A DNA stretch of 64,000 nt from Pelagomonas calceolata (lineage: Eukaryota), in assembly GCA_918797485.1 (NCBI GenBank), contig CAKKNE010000004.1, positions 5,022,001 to 5,086,000 on the forward strand, given 5' to 3'. The translations under genes and the position numbers were made by a program. The notes under the pieces are model-generated. The model saw only the letters and a program-made list of their open reading frames with translations. It was not told the origin of the DNA and searched no databases. This document shows positions 31,417 to 43,031 of the stretch, piece by piece. Numbering within the stretch: the stretch's first letter is position 1; every line of letters begins with the position of its first letter.

Positions 31417-33322
31417 TCATCGCGCGCCAGCCGCCCCCTCGGCGAGCGGCGGCAGCGACACGCTCCGCGAGTCGACGCTGCCCGACGCGACCGAGCCCGA
31501 GTCGCCCGTGACCGAGCTGTCGGCGGTCACGTAGGAACTCCCGGATGTCAGCGTGCTCCCGTCGTCGTGCTTCCTCCTCCGCCGCGTGAGCGGCGTGTCC
31601 GGCGGCAGACCCGCCGCCGTGGCCTGCTCGCGCGCCTCGGCCTCGGTCCGCGCGCGGAAGTAGCCGTCGTAGCCGTCGGCGTACCACTTTTTCTTCTTGT
31701 TCTTCTTGCTCTTCGTCGAGCCGGAGCCCTTCGACGCGCCGCCGTACATCTTCTCGCCCTGCTCCTTGGCCCACTGCTCCACGAGGGCCTCCGCGAGCTT
31801 GAACGCCGCCGGGTCCAGCTCGTAGGCCTTCTCGCCGCAGTTGTTCGCGATCTCCTTGTCCGCGCCCAGGTGCAGGATCGTCGCCACGAACGACGCGCTC
31901 CTCTTGTGCCGCAGGGCCATGTGGAGCAGCGTGTCGCCGGGCCGCGGCGGGAACGGCTCGGGGTCGATGCCGAGGCGGACGTAGAAGTCGCCGTAGTACC
32001 AGGACGCGCCGCCCTTGACCCGCGAATTCAGGTTGATGACGCCGTCCTCGTGGGTCGGCGCCGTCGCCGTGTACGCGGCCCGGAGCGCCTGCGTGGAAAT
32101 CAAATTTCGGCCGCCCCGCGCCGTCGACGCGACGTCGTCCCCGCGACCGCGGCAGCTCGATGGCGTAGAGTTCCGCACGGCGGAGCGCCTTGAAGTCGTT
32201 GGCCGCGAAGGCGCGCATGCACCGCCGGCCCCAGCCCTGCCGCTTTTCGACCTGGGGCGCGCCCGTCACGCTGCTGCGCGAGCGCCGGTTCGTCGTCAGG
32301 TCCTCCAGCATCGCCTGGTCGCGCACGAAGTAGTAGCCCACGCCCGCGCCGCCCGCCTTGTACCGCCAGCCGGGCGGGTCCTGGGGCAGCGGCATCGGCG
32401 ACTCGAGGAACTCGACGTCGGCCTCCTCCGCCCGGGCGAAGTCCGCGGGCGTCAGCGTCTTGACGGCCTTGTCGGCCGCGCCCGGCGCGACGCCGCCGCT
32501 CGCCCGCGCGTACTTCGAGGGCCGGTGCCACCGCCGCCCGCCGTGCCCGCCGCTGTAGTCGTAGGCCACGAGCGGCCGGTCGTCGTCGCTCTCGGGCTCC
32601 TCGGCCAGCGTGTCCAGCCCGCCCTGCTGCCGGCGCTGCGCGTTCGCCTCGGCCTTCTCGCGCCACTTCTTGGCCATCGCCGCCATCTCCGGGGTCATCG
32701 TCTTCTCGACCTTGTCCTCGCGCGCCTCCATGACCTCGCGGAGCTCCCGCCGCTTCTGGATGAAGGACGCCTCCGCCGACAGGACGCCCGCGGGGCCGTC
32801 GCCCCCGGCCGCGTCCTGGCCCTTCTTCACGGCCGACAGGTCGGCGACCATCTGGCCGCCCGACTCCGCGCTGATGCTCCGCTTCCGCGGCACGTTGCGC
32901 ACGGGGCCGTCGAGCCCCAGGTACTCGCGCACCTCCGCGCTCGTGAGGTGCACGCCCCCCCCGGGCTCGTGCTGCTTGAGCTCGCGCGCGGTCAGCTTCC
33001 GGCCCAGCTTCATCTCGCGCTCGAAGATCTTCGCCTCGCGGTCGGCCGCGAGCATCTCCTCCGCCGTCGCGACCTGCCGCGCCTTGGCCGCCGCCTCCTC
33101 GCGGACCCGCTGCTTCTTGAGGATGAACGGCTTCGCGATGACGAAGGGCGCCACGGTCGAGAAGTTGCTGCCGTGGCGGCCCGTGTCCGCGTAGCTGCCC
33201 CGGGACGAGCTGCCGTGGCTCCGGGTGCTCCGCGAGCCCTTGGAGCCCTTGGAGCCCTTGGAGCCCTTGGAGCCCGCGGTCCTGTGGGAGCCGAGGGAGG
33301 CATGGGACTTGTCGTCCGCCAT
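31417..33322 (-). CDS. Ankyrin-repeat protein with long low-complexity N-terminus; intron 32089-32188
   Basis: GDTLLHMAL..LHLGADKEIANNCGEKAYEL; splice NDFK|ALRAAY. Confidence 0.7.
32089..32180 (-). mobile_element. Introner element (92 bp), perfect TSD CGGAGCGC
   Basis: CTGCGTGGAAATCAAATTT; far end degenerate (GAGTTCCGCACGG). Confidence 0.9.
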
Positions 33323-33663
33323 GCCGAGGCAGCCTCGCACAGCGCTCTCGGCGTCGTTTGCTATGCAGCTGCCAAGCACGGTCCCCGCGCACATATTATT
33401 ATCGAATCGAATTGAGCTCTGGACTGATTGTCTCGCTTCAAGAGGTTAAAACGACGAGTTCCGCGAAAATGAAACCCGTTTTTTGTGTCTGTGCTCCCAG
33501 GGTGTGAGTTTCTAAAATTGCTAAGCCACTGAGGCGTCGGCGTCGGCACAAAATTGCCGCTCCCCCTCCAATAAGCCAGCAGCGCCTTCTCTGCGGCGGG
33601 GCGCTGCTCCTAGCCTGCGCCCTTCTTGCCTGGCGCGAGGGGCAAACCATAGACAAGGCTGCC

Positions 33664-34023
33664 ATGGCCGACCCGGAGATCGACGTCGTCGCGCTGACGA
33701 AGACGTACTTCGAGGTCTGGAACTCGCACGACGAGGCGGCCCTGCGGGGCTTGCACGCGGACGCGAGCAGTCTGCACGACTGGGACGCGACGCTCAGTCC
33801 CACGAACGCGGCGGTCGCCGCGGGCGTCGCGAAGATCTGGAAGGCGGAGCCCACGATCAAGTGCGAGATCATTGACCTCTACACGTGCGGCCCGGACCTG
33901 ACGGTCGTGGCGAACATCAACGTCGTGGTCAACGCCGACTTGACGCTCACTGTCTGCGACGTCATCGAATTTGACGCTTCCGGGCGGGTCACGAGCCTGA
34001 ACGCGTTCCTCAAGAAGGACTGA
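33664..34023 (+). CDS. SnoaL/NTF2-like protein
   Basis: YFEVWNSHD...DW...VCDVIEFDASGRV. Confidence 0.8.
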   Translation: MADPEIDVVALTKTYFEVWNSHDEAALRGLHADASSLHDWDATLSPTNAAVAAGVAKIWKAEPTIKCEIIDLYTCGPDLTVVANINVVVNADLTLTVCDVIEFDASGRVTSLNAFLKKD

Positions 34024-34240
34024 GCCAGCCTCCGCGCGCCGACGCGTGCGGACCGCTCGAGAGGGGCATCTAGACTACTTGTAGTAGACGGTCAAATAAG
34101 GGCCTAGTATAGAGGTCTAGTGTAGAGGTATCTACTAACAATCCACCCCCGCATGGTTTGCTAGGACCGCCACCAACGCGATGATTTCTTGTTTATACGC
34201 CCCGTTGGGTGCCCCACCTAGACAACCTCAGAGGCTACCA

Positions 34241-34305
34241 TCGGCGACGCGCGGTGTCTCCCCCCCAGGGGCTCCGCCCACTAGTCCTAGCACCGTAACA
34301 TCGAC
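34241..34305. repeat. Family B dispersed repeat flanked by GGCTACCA direct repeats
   Basis: Reverse complement of 8815-8877; GGCTACCA at 34233 and 34306. Confidence 0.8.
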
Positions 34306-34446
34306 GGCTACCAACAGACACGCAGAGAGACTATTGAGGACGCGATAAGTCTGCAGGTAGCACGCCCCGAGGATCGTTAGTAAGGGACTCAACTTATATC
34401 ATCATCCGAGAGCAACTTCGGGAGCACAAATAAGTTTAAGAATAGT

Positions 34447-37400
34447 TTAAGAACCCGCGTCGAACGCGAGCAGCTTCGCCTCCACGACGCCGGCCATGGC
34501 GCTCGTTGCGCGCTCCGCCGCGGCGAGGACGTCGCCGCCCTCGGCGTACGCGGCGCGCGCGGCCGCCCGGAGTTCCGTGTTCACGTTAAACTTGCAGACG
34601 CCGGCCGAAATCGCCCGCGAGATGACTCGCTGCGACAGGCCCGACGCGCCGTGAAGCACCAGGGGGACGTCGCCCGCCGCGGCGCGCACGGCGTCGAGCC
34701 GCGCCCAGTCCAGGTCCGGATCGCGCGAGGCGTAGGCGCCGTGCACGTTGCCGACCGTCACCGCGAGGGCGTCGACCCGCGTGCGCGCCAGAAATGCCGC
34801 CACGATCGCGGGGTCCGTCATCCTCGCGTCCCTCTCGTCCACGGAGAGGCCGTCCTCCTCGCCCGCGAGGCGCCCGAGCTCCGCCTCGACCGAGACGCCC
34901 GCGGCGCGCGCGCGCGCCGCGACCGCCGCGGTCCACCGCTCGTTCTCTCCCACGTCGAAGCGCGACCCGTCGGCCATGACGTGGTCGACGGCCTCGAGAT
35001 GCGGGTAGATCCGGCCGGGGTCCTCGCAGTGGTCCAGGGCCACGAAGAGGGGCACCTCCGCGGCGTCGGCGAGGCGCCGGCACGCCGCCAGCAGCGCGGG
35101 CCCGCCGTGGTCGAGGGCCGCCGGGTGCAGCTGCACGATGGCCGCGCGCCGCGCCGCCGCGGCGCCCCGCGCGACGGCGAGGGCCCCCTCCAGCGTGTAG
35201 ACGTTGAACGCGCCGAGCGCGCGGCCCCTGCCGCGCGCGTCGACGAGCGCCTCGACGCAGGTCATCTTCGGGGACGCGGCCGGCCGCCGCCTGCGCGGGG
35301 CGCCGGGCGTCCCCGCGCGCGATCGACCCCGCGGCGGACGCCGGCCCCGGACGCGCCGGCCACGGTCTCGACGACGTTCGCCAGGTCGTCCGCGTCGCCC
35401 ACGTTCCCGGGGAAGACGACGTACGACGCGCCCGGCAGGCGCGACTCGCGCCCGAGCCGCCACGCCGGCACGCCGGCGACGACCTGGCCGAGCACGTCCG
35501 CGCGGCGGACCCCCAGCGACTTGACGGCGACGTCGTTCGACGTGATGCCGCCCTTGGCGACGACGAAGGCCGGCGTGGCCCGCTCCACGACCCGCGCGGC
35601 GACGGCGCAGAGGGCCTCGTTCACCTTGGCGCCGATCACGAGGCCCCCGGACCCGTCGTCCTGCTGCACGCGGCGCGACGTGAAGACGCAGGCCGACCGG
35701 CCCGCGCCCAGCGCCGCCGCGGCGGCGGCGGACGCGCGGGCGACCGCCCCCTCGGCGTCGGCGAGGACCTCGCCCACGTCCACCTCGACCGCGTCGAGCC
35801 AGCCGCACCGCCGGCGCAGCTCCGCGAGCTGCGCGGAGGTCTTCTGCGTGTACGACCCGACGACCACGAGGCCGCCGCCGCTCGAGGGCGAGAGCGCCTC
35901 GCGCCCGAGGAACGGCTTGGGCGGCATGCCCGTGAGCGCGGCCACGGCGCTCCCCGCGGACCGCACGACGACGCCGCCCCGCGCGTGCAGGGCGCCCCGC
36001 TGCGCCGCCATGGCCGCCTTGAGTCCGCTCGCGACGACCAGCATGTCCCGGTCCTCGAGGCCGTCGACGCAGACCGCGCGCACCGTCTCGTCCAGCAGCG
36101 CGGCCTCGAACGCGTCCTGGACGGCGCGGACCCCGCCGCGGATCGCGTGCAGCGACAGGTGCCACGTGTGCGCGTAGTCCGCGCTCCCGCGCGTCTTCTC
36201 CGCGACCCACTCGGCGAGGCGCGACCGCCGGTACCCGAAGGCGCGGTCCCGCGCGAACTCGGTCTCGCCGGCGGGCGTCGCCGGCCGGTCGCCGTCGACG
36301 GGCGCGCCCAGGACGTAGTGGACGCCGTCGGCCGTGACGCGCCCCCCGCCGAAGAACTGCGGCGCGACCAGGACGAGGGGCCGGCGCCAGCCCAGGCCGT
36401 CCGCGAGCGCGTCGACCTCGGCCGGGAAGTGGCCGCGCAGCGTCGAGTCGGACCGCGAGACGACGAGCCGCGGGCCGCCCCTGCGCAGCTCCCGCCCGAT
36501 CTCGCGGTTGCGCGCCACGGCCGCCGCCTCGTCGAGGGCGCGCGTGTTCGCCAGCAGGTAGAAGCACGACTTGTCCGACCGCAGCTCCCCGCTCAGGTCG
36601 GCCCAGTCCGCCCGGACGGCCACGCCGTGCACCGTCTGCGTGCCCGTGGGGTCGTCGTCGACGACCGGCAGGCTGGGCGACGCCTGCGCCGCCAGCGCCG
36701 CGCGGAGCGCCTCCGCGGTCGGGACGGCGTCGGAGAAGGGCGGCGCCGCCCGCGCCAGCTCGTTGGCGGTCGTCGGCCGGGCGAGGAAGCTCGGGACCGC
36801 CGCCCAGTCGCAGTCCGCGGCGCCGCGCGCGGCGGCCGCGGCCACCGTCTCCGCGGCGACGCGCACCGCCGGGAGGTCCAGCCCGCGGCCGGCCGCGGCG
36901 TCCCGGACGAGCGCGAGGTCCTTGGCGAAGTTCCGCAGCGGCGCCGCCGAGGACTCGAAGGCCAGCTGCGCGGGGTCCGCCCCGAGGCGCCGCGCCCCGC
37001 TCCGCGTGAGCATCGTCGACGCCGCCCAGGCCCCGTCGAGCAGCGGCAGCAGTTGTTCCAGGTCGCAGCCCAGCCCCTCCGCGAGCGCGAGCCCCTCGGC
37101 GGCGCCCTGCGCGTTCGCCGCGACCAGCGCCTGGTTCACGAGCTTGGCGCCCGCGCCGGCGCCCGCCGGGCCCAGCCGCGCAAACCGCGCGGCGATGGCG
37201 TCGAGGACGGGCGCCGCGCGCCGGACGGCGGCCTCGTCGCCCCCCAGGAACACCGCCAGGCTCCCGGCGGCCGCCCCCTCGGGCCCGCCCGACACGGGCG
37301 CGTCGAGGTAGGCGACGCCGGCGCCGCCGCACGTCTCGTGCGCCTCGCGCGCCCAGCCCACGCTCGAGGTGCCCAGGTTCAGGACCTGTGTGGAAATCAA

Positions 37401-37858
37401 CCAGTGTGTCGGGTGCGCCCGTGCTGGCTCCGTCGAGCGGTGAGGAACCGGCATCGCCACGCCATCGAGCAGGCGTCGCGTCGATGGCGTGGAGGTCGAC
37501 GCGACGATTCAGCACGAACGCGCCATAAAATTTTGATTTCCGCACAGTTCAGGACGAGCGGCGGGCGCGCCTCCAGGAGGTCGGCGACGACCGCGCGCTC
37601 GGCGGCCTCGTGCGGCAGGCTCAGGAGGACCGCGTCGGCGCGCCGGCACGCGGCCGCGACGGAGTCCACCGCCGTGATGGTCGATGGCCGTCGGAGGGTC
37701 TGGGCTCCGTCCGCGTCGTAGACGACGACGTCGTGACCGGCGCGCGCGAGCGACGCCGCGACGCCCCGTCCCATGTTGCCGTGACCGATCACGCCCACCT
37801 GCAGGTGCCGCCGCCGACCGACGACGCGGTGTCCCCGCAGGAGGCGCCGTGGCAGCAT
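34447..37858 (-). CDS. Fusion of a 3-hydroxyacid (HIBADH/6PGD-like) dehydrogenase, a DUF1537 four-carbon acid-sugar kinase and a class II aldolase; introns 37386-37555 and ~35291-35352
   Basis: [80 protein letters not shown]. Confidence 0.88.
37386..37547 (-). mobile_element. Introner element (162 bp), perfect TSD TTCAGGAC
   Basis: CTGTGTGGAAATCA...TGATTTCCGCACAG. Confidence 0.95.
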
Positions 37859-38100
37859 CTTGGAGAGCGCTCAAAAAGAGTGAAAAGAGTGAATTTACCA
37901 CTGCTCACGCGGTGGCACGAGGTGGCACGAGGAGACCGCGTCGCGCGCGGGCGCTGCTGGCGTCCTGCGCACACGGCGCGGCCGGCTCCGGTATCGCTCG
38001 TGGTTCAGACGCCTGCAGCAGACAAGGGCAGCGCAGCAGGCTGCTCTCTCTGCTCAAGTGTGCATTAGCTCGTAGGCTAAAAAACCGTGGGCGTGTTAGC

Positions 38101-39474
38101 ATGGCGTCGGTACTACTACGCCACGCCGCACGGGTCGGGCGCCCGGCCGCTGCCGCCGTCCTCGCCGGTGTCGCCCTCGACAGCAGCGCTGCTGCCACTC
38201 GGCCCCAGTGCATGCGCGTCGAGGAGGTGCGGATTCCGGCGTCCTCGCGGTGCCTTCAGCGCCATCGATGGCAGCGCTGCGCGCCGACGGTTTCGCCCGC
38301 GCGGCGGTCGATGTTCCTCGCGGCGACGGCGCGCCGACGGTTTCGTCCGCGCCGCGGTCGATGTTACTCGCGGCGACGGCGCGCCGACGTGTTACTCGCG
38401 GCGACGCCGACGGTTTCGTCCGCGCAGGACACGAAGCTCGACTTCAAGGACGTGCTCATCCGGCCGAAGCGCTCGACGCTCCGGAGCCGGAAGGAGGTGC
38501 GCATGGAGCGCTCGATCACGTTCAAGCACAGCGGCCGCACGCTGACCTGCGTGCCGGTCGTGGTCGCGAACATGGACACGGTCGGCACGTTCGAGATGGC
38601 CAAGGCCCTCTGCGAGCACGGGTGCCTCGTCGCGATCCACAAGCACTACCCCGTCGAGGCGTGGCGGGCGTTCGTGGCCGAGGCGCCGGCCGCGGCCAGG
38701 CACGTCGCCGTGAGCATGGGCACGAGCCCGGCGGACGCGGCCAAGGTCGACGCGATCCTGTCGAGCTGCCCCGAGGTCACGACCATCTGCATCGACGTGG
38801 CGAACGGCTACGCCGAGTGCTTCGTCGACCGCGTGCGCGAGACGCGCGCCAAGTGGCCGACGCACACGATCATGGCGGGCAACGTCGTCACGAACGAGAT
38901 GACCGAGGAGCTCATCCTGAACGGCGCCGACATCGTCAAGGTGGGCATCGGGCCCGGGTCCGTCTGCACGACGCGCAAGCAGACCGGCGTGGGCTACCCC
39001 CAGGTCTCCGCCGTGATCGAGTGCGCCGACGCGGCCCACGGCCTCGGCGGCCACATCGTGAGCGACGGCGGCATCACGTGCCCCGGCGACGCCGCCAAGG
39101 CCTTCGGCGCGGGCGCGGACTTCATCATGATGGGCGGGCTGTTCTCCGGCACGGACGAGTCCGCGGGCGACGAGATCGTCAAGCCCGACGGGTCGCGCGT
39201 CAAGCTCTTCTACGGCATGTCCTCGTCGGTGGCCATGACGAAGCACGCCGGCGGCGTCGCCGAGTACCGGAGCAGCGAGGGCAAGGCCGTCGAGGTGCCC
39301 GCGAAGGGGCCCGTGAAGGGCGTCATCCTCGATCTCCTGGGCGGCATCCGGTCGTCGTGCACCTACGTCGGGGCCGCGTCGCTGCGGGAGCTGCCCAAGC
39401 GCACGACCTTCATCCGCGTGACGCAGCAGCTCAACACGGTCTTCGGGTCGCATGACCTCTCCAAGAAGCAGTAG
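38101..39474 (+). CDS. GMPR: GMP reductase with N-terminal extension; in-frame intron 38227-38427
   Basis: [50 protein letters not shown]. Confidence 0.95.
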   Translation: MASVLLRHAARVGRPAAAAVLAGVALDSSAAATRPQCMRVEEVRIPASSRCLQRHRWQRCAPTVSPARRSMFLAATARRRFRPRRGRCYSRRRRADVLLAATPTVSSAQDTKLDFKDVLIRPKRSTLRSRKEVRMERSITFKHSGRTLTCVPVVVANMDTVGTFEMAKALCEHGCLVAIHKHYPVEAWRAFVAEAPAAARHVAVSMGTSPADAAKVDAILSSCPEVTTICIDVANGYAECFVDRVRETRAKWPTHTIMAGNVVTNEMTEELILNGADIVKVGIGPGSVCTTRKQTGVGYPQVSAVIECADAAHGLGGHIVSDGGITCPGDAAKAFGAGADFIMMGGLFSGTDESAGDEIVKPDGSRVKLFYGMSSSVAMTKHAGGVAEYRSSEGKAVEVPAKGPVKGVILDLLGGIRSSCTYVGAASLRELPKRTTFIRVTQQLNTVFGSHDLSKKQ

Positions 39475-39819
39475 GAGGGGTTTAAAGCTTAAAGCCGTAG
39501 GAGCAGTTGTTTCAAATCCGGTTCGAGAAGTCTGGATTTAGGTATCGCCGCGGACATGCTCTTACGTCTCTGACGTAGTGGGCGGAGCCCCTGCCGCGCC
39601 GCGCGTCCCTCTTACCTGTACAGCGCCTCTGCTCTCTGAGTCTCTCTTGAGTCTAACGCAGCGTCCCAGTTGTACCAGTAGACGTCATCACCGCGCACGA
39701 GCGCCGACGCAGCGGACGCGCCGTCGTTGTCGTCGTAGGCCCGGGCGAACGGAGCGTCCGTGTCGTAGCGTCCTGCATAAAGGGGGCTGCCTTTATTGCG
39801 CGCCACGTCGCCGCCGACG

Positions 39820-40449
39820 ATGCGCGCCGCGAGCGCCCCGGCGGCGAACCGGCCCGTGGGCGGCGGCCGCGGCGGCCGCGGCCACACCACCAGGACGCCG
39901 CTCTGGCAGCCCCGCCAGAATTCGATCACGAGCGACTTCGGCCGCCAGTGGCGCAAGCCCGTGTGGGCGGGCAACTCGCGGCCCGTGACGCCGACGGAGG
40001 CGGCGTCGCGCCGCGCCTGGGGCCGGAGCGAGGAGCCGTTCACGTACAACTTCGAAAAACGGGCGAAGCAGCGCGAGGCCCAGCGCGCCGCGGAAGCCCT
40101 GAAGTGGGGCTTCGCGCCGCCGCCGCCCGAGGGCTTCGTGAACCCGCTGTCGGCGGCGCGCAAGCGGCCGAACCCCGACACGGTGTGGCGGACGCGCAAG
40201 CTGCTGGCCCAGACGCTGGACCAGCGGCGCGCGCAGCGGGAGCGGTCCATCGAGACCTCGGACTTCCGCCACCTCTCGGACCGGCCGCAATACGACGAGA
40301 CGGCGCGCCAGCAGTTCGGCACGCTCACGCTGACGCAGCCCCTGTCGCCGATCGCCTACGCGCGGCTCAAGCAGAAGATCACGCGCGAGAACTACGAGAA
40401 GCTGCCGCCGCCGAAGGCCTTTAGCCTCGTGAACCTGACGCGGCGCTAG
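39820..40449 (+). CDS. Hypothetical basic protein
   Basis: ORF with GC3-biased codons. Confidence 0.6.
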   Translation: MRAASAPAANRPVGGGRGGRGHTTRTPLWQPRQNSITSDFGRQWRKPVWAGNSRPVTPTEAASRRAWGRSEEPFTYNFEKRAKQREAQRAAEALKWGFAPPPPEGFVNPLSAARKRPNPDTVWRTRKLLAQTLDQRRAQRERSIETSDFRHLSDRPQYDETARQQFGTLTLTQPLSPIAYARLKQKITRENYEKLPPPKAFSLVNLTRR

Positions 40450-40866
40450 CTTAAGTACTACGCCCACACAGTACCTGCCGCCGGAGACCACTCGGGCGAA
40501 GGTCCGCAGGCTCCGATTGGGTCGTCGAAGGATCGCACTATCCGTTGTCCTTTTTCTCTAGGATATTCCTTCCTTAATTATTTATTTATTTGTCGGTGCT
40601 AGTATGTGAGTGCGCTAGCTCTTCATCCTGCGAATTAAGCAGCGGGAGGGAGCGCCCCCAACAGGCACTGGAGGTGCCACCGGTGTCTTATGCTAGGCAC
40701 ACCACCTGGTGCCAGGTTGCCACCGAGGCGCAAGGAACAGTGAAAATCGCAAACGCTCAGTCGCGCGGCTCAGCGCTGCAGGGTGCATCAATCGATCCGC
40801 TACGCCATTTTGGGTGTGCGAGGTGCCCTACTCTCCATCCTTTGCGCGGCTTCCGCCGCGGCATAG

Positions 40867-42672
40867 ATGGCCGGCTTCGAAGCCAATTTCTCCTCGCCTG
40901 TGACCAGTGCTAGCGCGGCCTTTCCCTACCTCGCGGCCCTCTCGGACGACGAGGCCGCGGACCGGTTCTTCCTCGAAGACCTTAAGTTGGCCGGCCGGGA
41001 GCTACGCGGCACGTTGTATTCGCGAAAGGCTTTCGCGAAGCTGGCGTTCCGGGCGGCCGCCGCCCTGCGGACGCACGGCGCGCGGCCGGGCGACCGCACC
41101 GCGCATTACTTTACCGACAACCGGCTGGAAGACATTTGTTTCCGGCTAGGCGCCGCGCTCGTCGGGACCGTCCCGGTCACGATCAACTGGCAGAGCGACG
41201 ACGTCCAGCGCGCGGCGAGCAAGGTGCGACGCACCCGCGCGACGCTCGCGCTCGTCGACGAGGCCACGCCCGCGGAGTTCGCCGCCGCCATCCGCCCGGT
41301 CCGGGCGGTCGACGCGGCCCGGGCCCTGGCGGCGGCGGCGCCCCTCGCCCCGGAGCACTTCTGCGGCGCCACCACCGCCGGCGACGACCGCTTCGTCATC
41401 TTCACGAGCGGGACGACCGGCGAGCCCAAGGGCGTCCGACTCACGTACGAGGCCTACGACTGCAACCGGCGGACCTTCGAGGCGTTCCTGGAGTGCGCCG
41501 CCCCAGACGTGCAAGTGGACGTCGTGGCGACGAACCCGCTCCACCACACGAACTCGACGGCCATGGTCGACTGGGCCTGCCGCCGGCCGCGGGCGGCGCT
41601 GCGGCTCCTCCAGCGGTACACGACGCAGTACTGGGGCGTGGTGGTGGCAGCGGCCTGCGGCCTGCCCTGGGAAAACGTGAAGCGCTTCGACGGCGAAGCG
41701 ACACAGCGCGCCGTGGCGCGGCGGGCGTCGCTGCTCGCCGCGGAGCCGCAGCGCGTCGTGTGTCCTCTCGTGGCGCGCCACGTAGACTTCCTCGAGTCGC
41801 TTTGCGCCCAGGGCACGCTGCCGGTAGACCCGGCGGCCTTCAGGAGCTGCGTCGGGGGGTGCGGCGTCGTCTTGTTGCTGGGCTCGGCACCAGTAGGACC
41901 TACGACGGTCCAGCGGCTGGAAAAGCGGTGCGCCCAGCGGCCGACCGTGCGCTTCGGCTCCACCGAAACGTGCCTGCAGGTCTGCGGCACGCCGCTCGAC
42001 GCGCCCCTGGCGGCGTTCGAGCGGGGCTGGGCCCACACGTGGCGCGGCGAGCCGTGCGCGGGCTACTACATCGGGCGGGCCCACGCGCCGCACACGGAGG
42101 CGAAGGTCGTCCGGTCCGTCGACCGGGCCAGCCAGGAATTCCTAGTGACGTGCGGCGAGGGCGAGCCCGGCTTCATCGTCGCGCGGGGCCGGAACGTCTT
42201 CGCGGGCTACGTGGGCGACGACGAGGCCACCGCCGCCGCGCTCGAGGGCGGCTGGTACCTGAACCTCGGCGACGTCGGGTACGCCCTCGGGGGCGACCTT
42301 TACTGGCAGAGCCGCGACTCGGCCATGCTCATCAAGGGCGGCTCGAACTACTCGTACGAACAAATCAACCAGGAGCTCTCGGAGTTCCTCGCGGCGGCGT
42401 ATTTCGGCGGCGAGGGGGGCGCGTGCGCGGTGGCCGTCGTCGGGCTCCGGCTGGACTCCGAGCACGAAGACCAGTGTTGCTGCACGATCGAGCTCAAGAC
42501 AGATCTCGCGCGGTCGAAGCGCGCCGAGATCGAAGCGACCTTCGTCGCCCGGGCGCGGCACGCCGTCGCGTGCAAGGGCGCGCGGCCGGACCGCGTTCGG
42601 TTCGCGGCGCTGCCGCGGAACTTCAAAGGGGCCGTCCTCGTGAAGGAGTTGAAGGCGGCGGCTTGGGACTAA
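40867..42672 (+). CDS. AMP-dependent synthetase/ligase (acyl-CoA synthetase family)
   Basis: IFTSGTTGEPKG, FGSTE, NLGDVG, LPRNFKG. Confidence 0.88.
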   Translation: MAGFEANFSSPVTSASAAFPYLAALSDDEAADRFFLEDLKLAGRELRGTLYSRKAFAKLAFRAAAALRTHGARPGDRTAHYFTDNRLEDICFRLGAALVGTVPVTINWQSDDVQRAASKVRRTRATLALVDEATPAEFAAAIRPVRAVDAARALAAAAPLAPEHFCGATTAGDDRFVIFTSGTTGEPKGVRLTYEAYDCNRRTFEAFLECAAPDVQVDVVATNPLHHTNSTAMVDWACRRPRAALRLLQRYTTQYWGVVVAAACGLPWENVKRFDGEATQRAVARRASLLAAEPQRVVCPLVARHVDFLESLCAQGTLPVDPAAFRSCVGGCGVVLLLGSAPVGPTTVQRLEKRCAQRPTVRFGSTETCLQVCGTPLDAPLAAFERGWAHTWRGEPCAGYYIGRAHAPHTEAKVVRSVDRASQEFLVTCGEGEPGFIVARGRNVFAGYVGDDEATAAALEGGWYLNLGDVGYALGGDLYWQSRDSAMLIKGGSNYSYEQINQELSEFLAAAYFGGEGGACAVAVVGLRLDSEHEDQCCCTIELKTDLARSKRAEIEATFVARARHAVACKGARPDRVRFAALPRNFKGAVLVKELKAAAWD

Positions 42673-43031
42673 TGTTTTTTGTTTGTTTTTTTTTTTGCTT
42701 GCTTAAGAGCTAGGCCACCTAGCCGCGGCCCGCCGCTTTTTTAATACACAGCTCTAGTGACAGAAACGAGAAGATCCGAGGATCCTTTTGCGAAGAGGTG
42801 CTGTTGTTGTTAGCTAGGACTGGGCGAAGGGTCCGCGCAGATTCGCGGTAGTAGTAGTTACCTTACGGCACGCGCAGCTAGCGGCAGTAAGACACTAGCA
42901 AGCAGATTCAGAGTGGCAGACTCCTGGGCAGCACACACGCCCGGCGGGGCAGCCCTTGGTGTAGAGCGCCGGAGCTGCCTCGGCAACCCGCCCCCGTCCG
43001 CGTGGCCACTCAGAGACCATCATCCGCGACG

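Noticed and set aside
33235..33275. 9-bp tandem GAGCCCTTG; likewise the CTCGGA/CTCGCT runs at 44400-44500
   Set aside because: Ordinary coding low-complexity (GSK and SE repeats)
35260..35360. Programmed frameshift between kinase and aldolase (and in HisRS, BBS5, PSMA7)
   Set aside because: Short GY-AG introns explain each frame change
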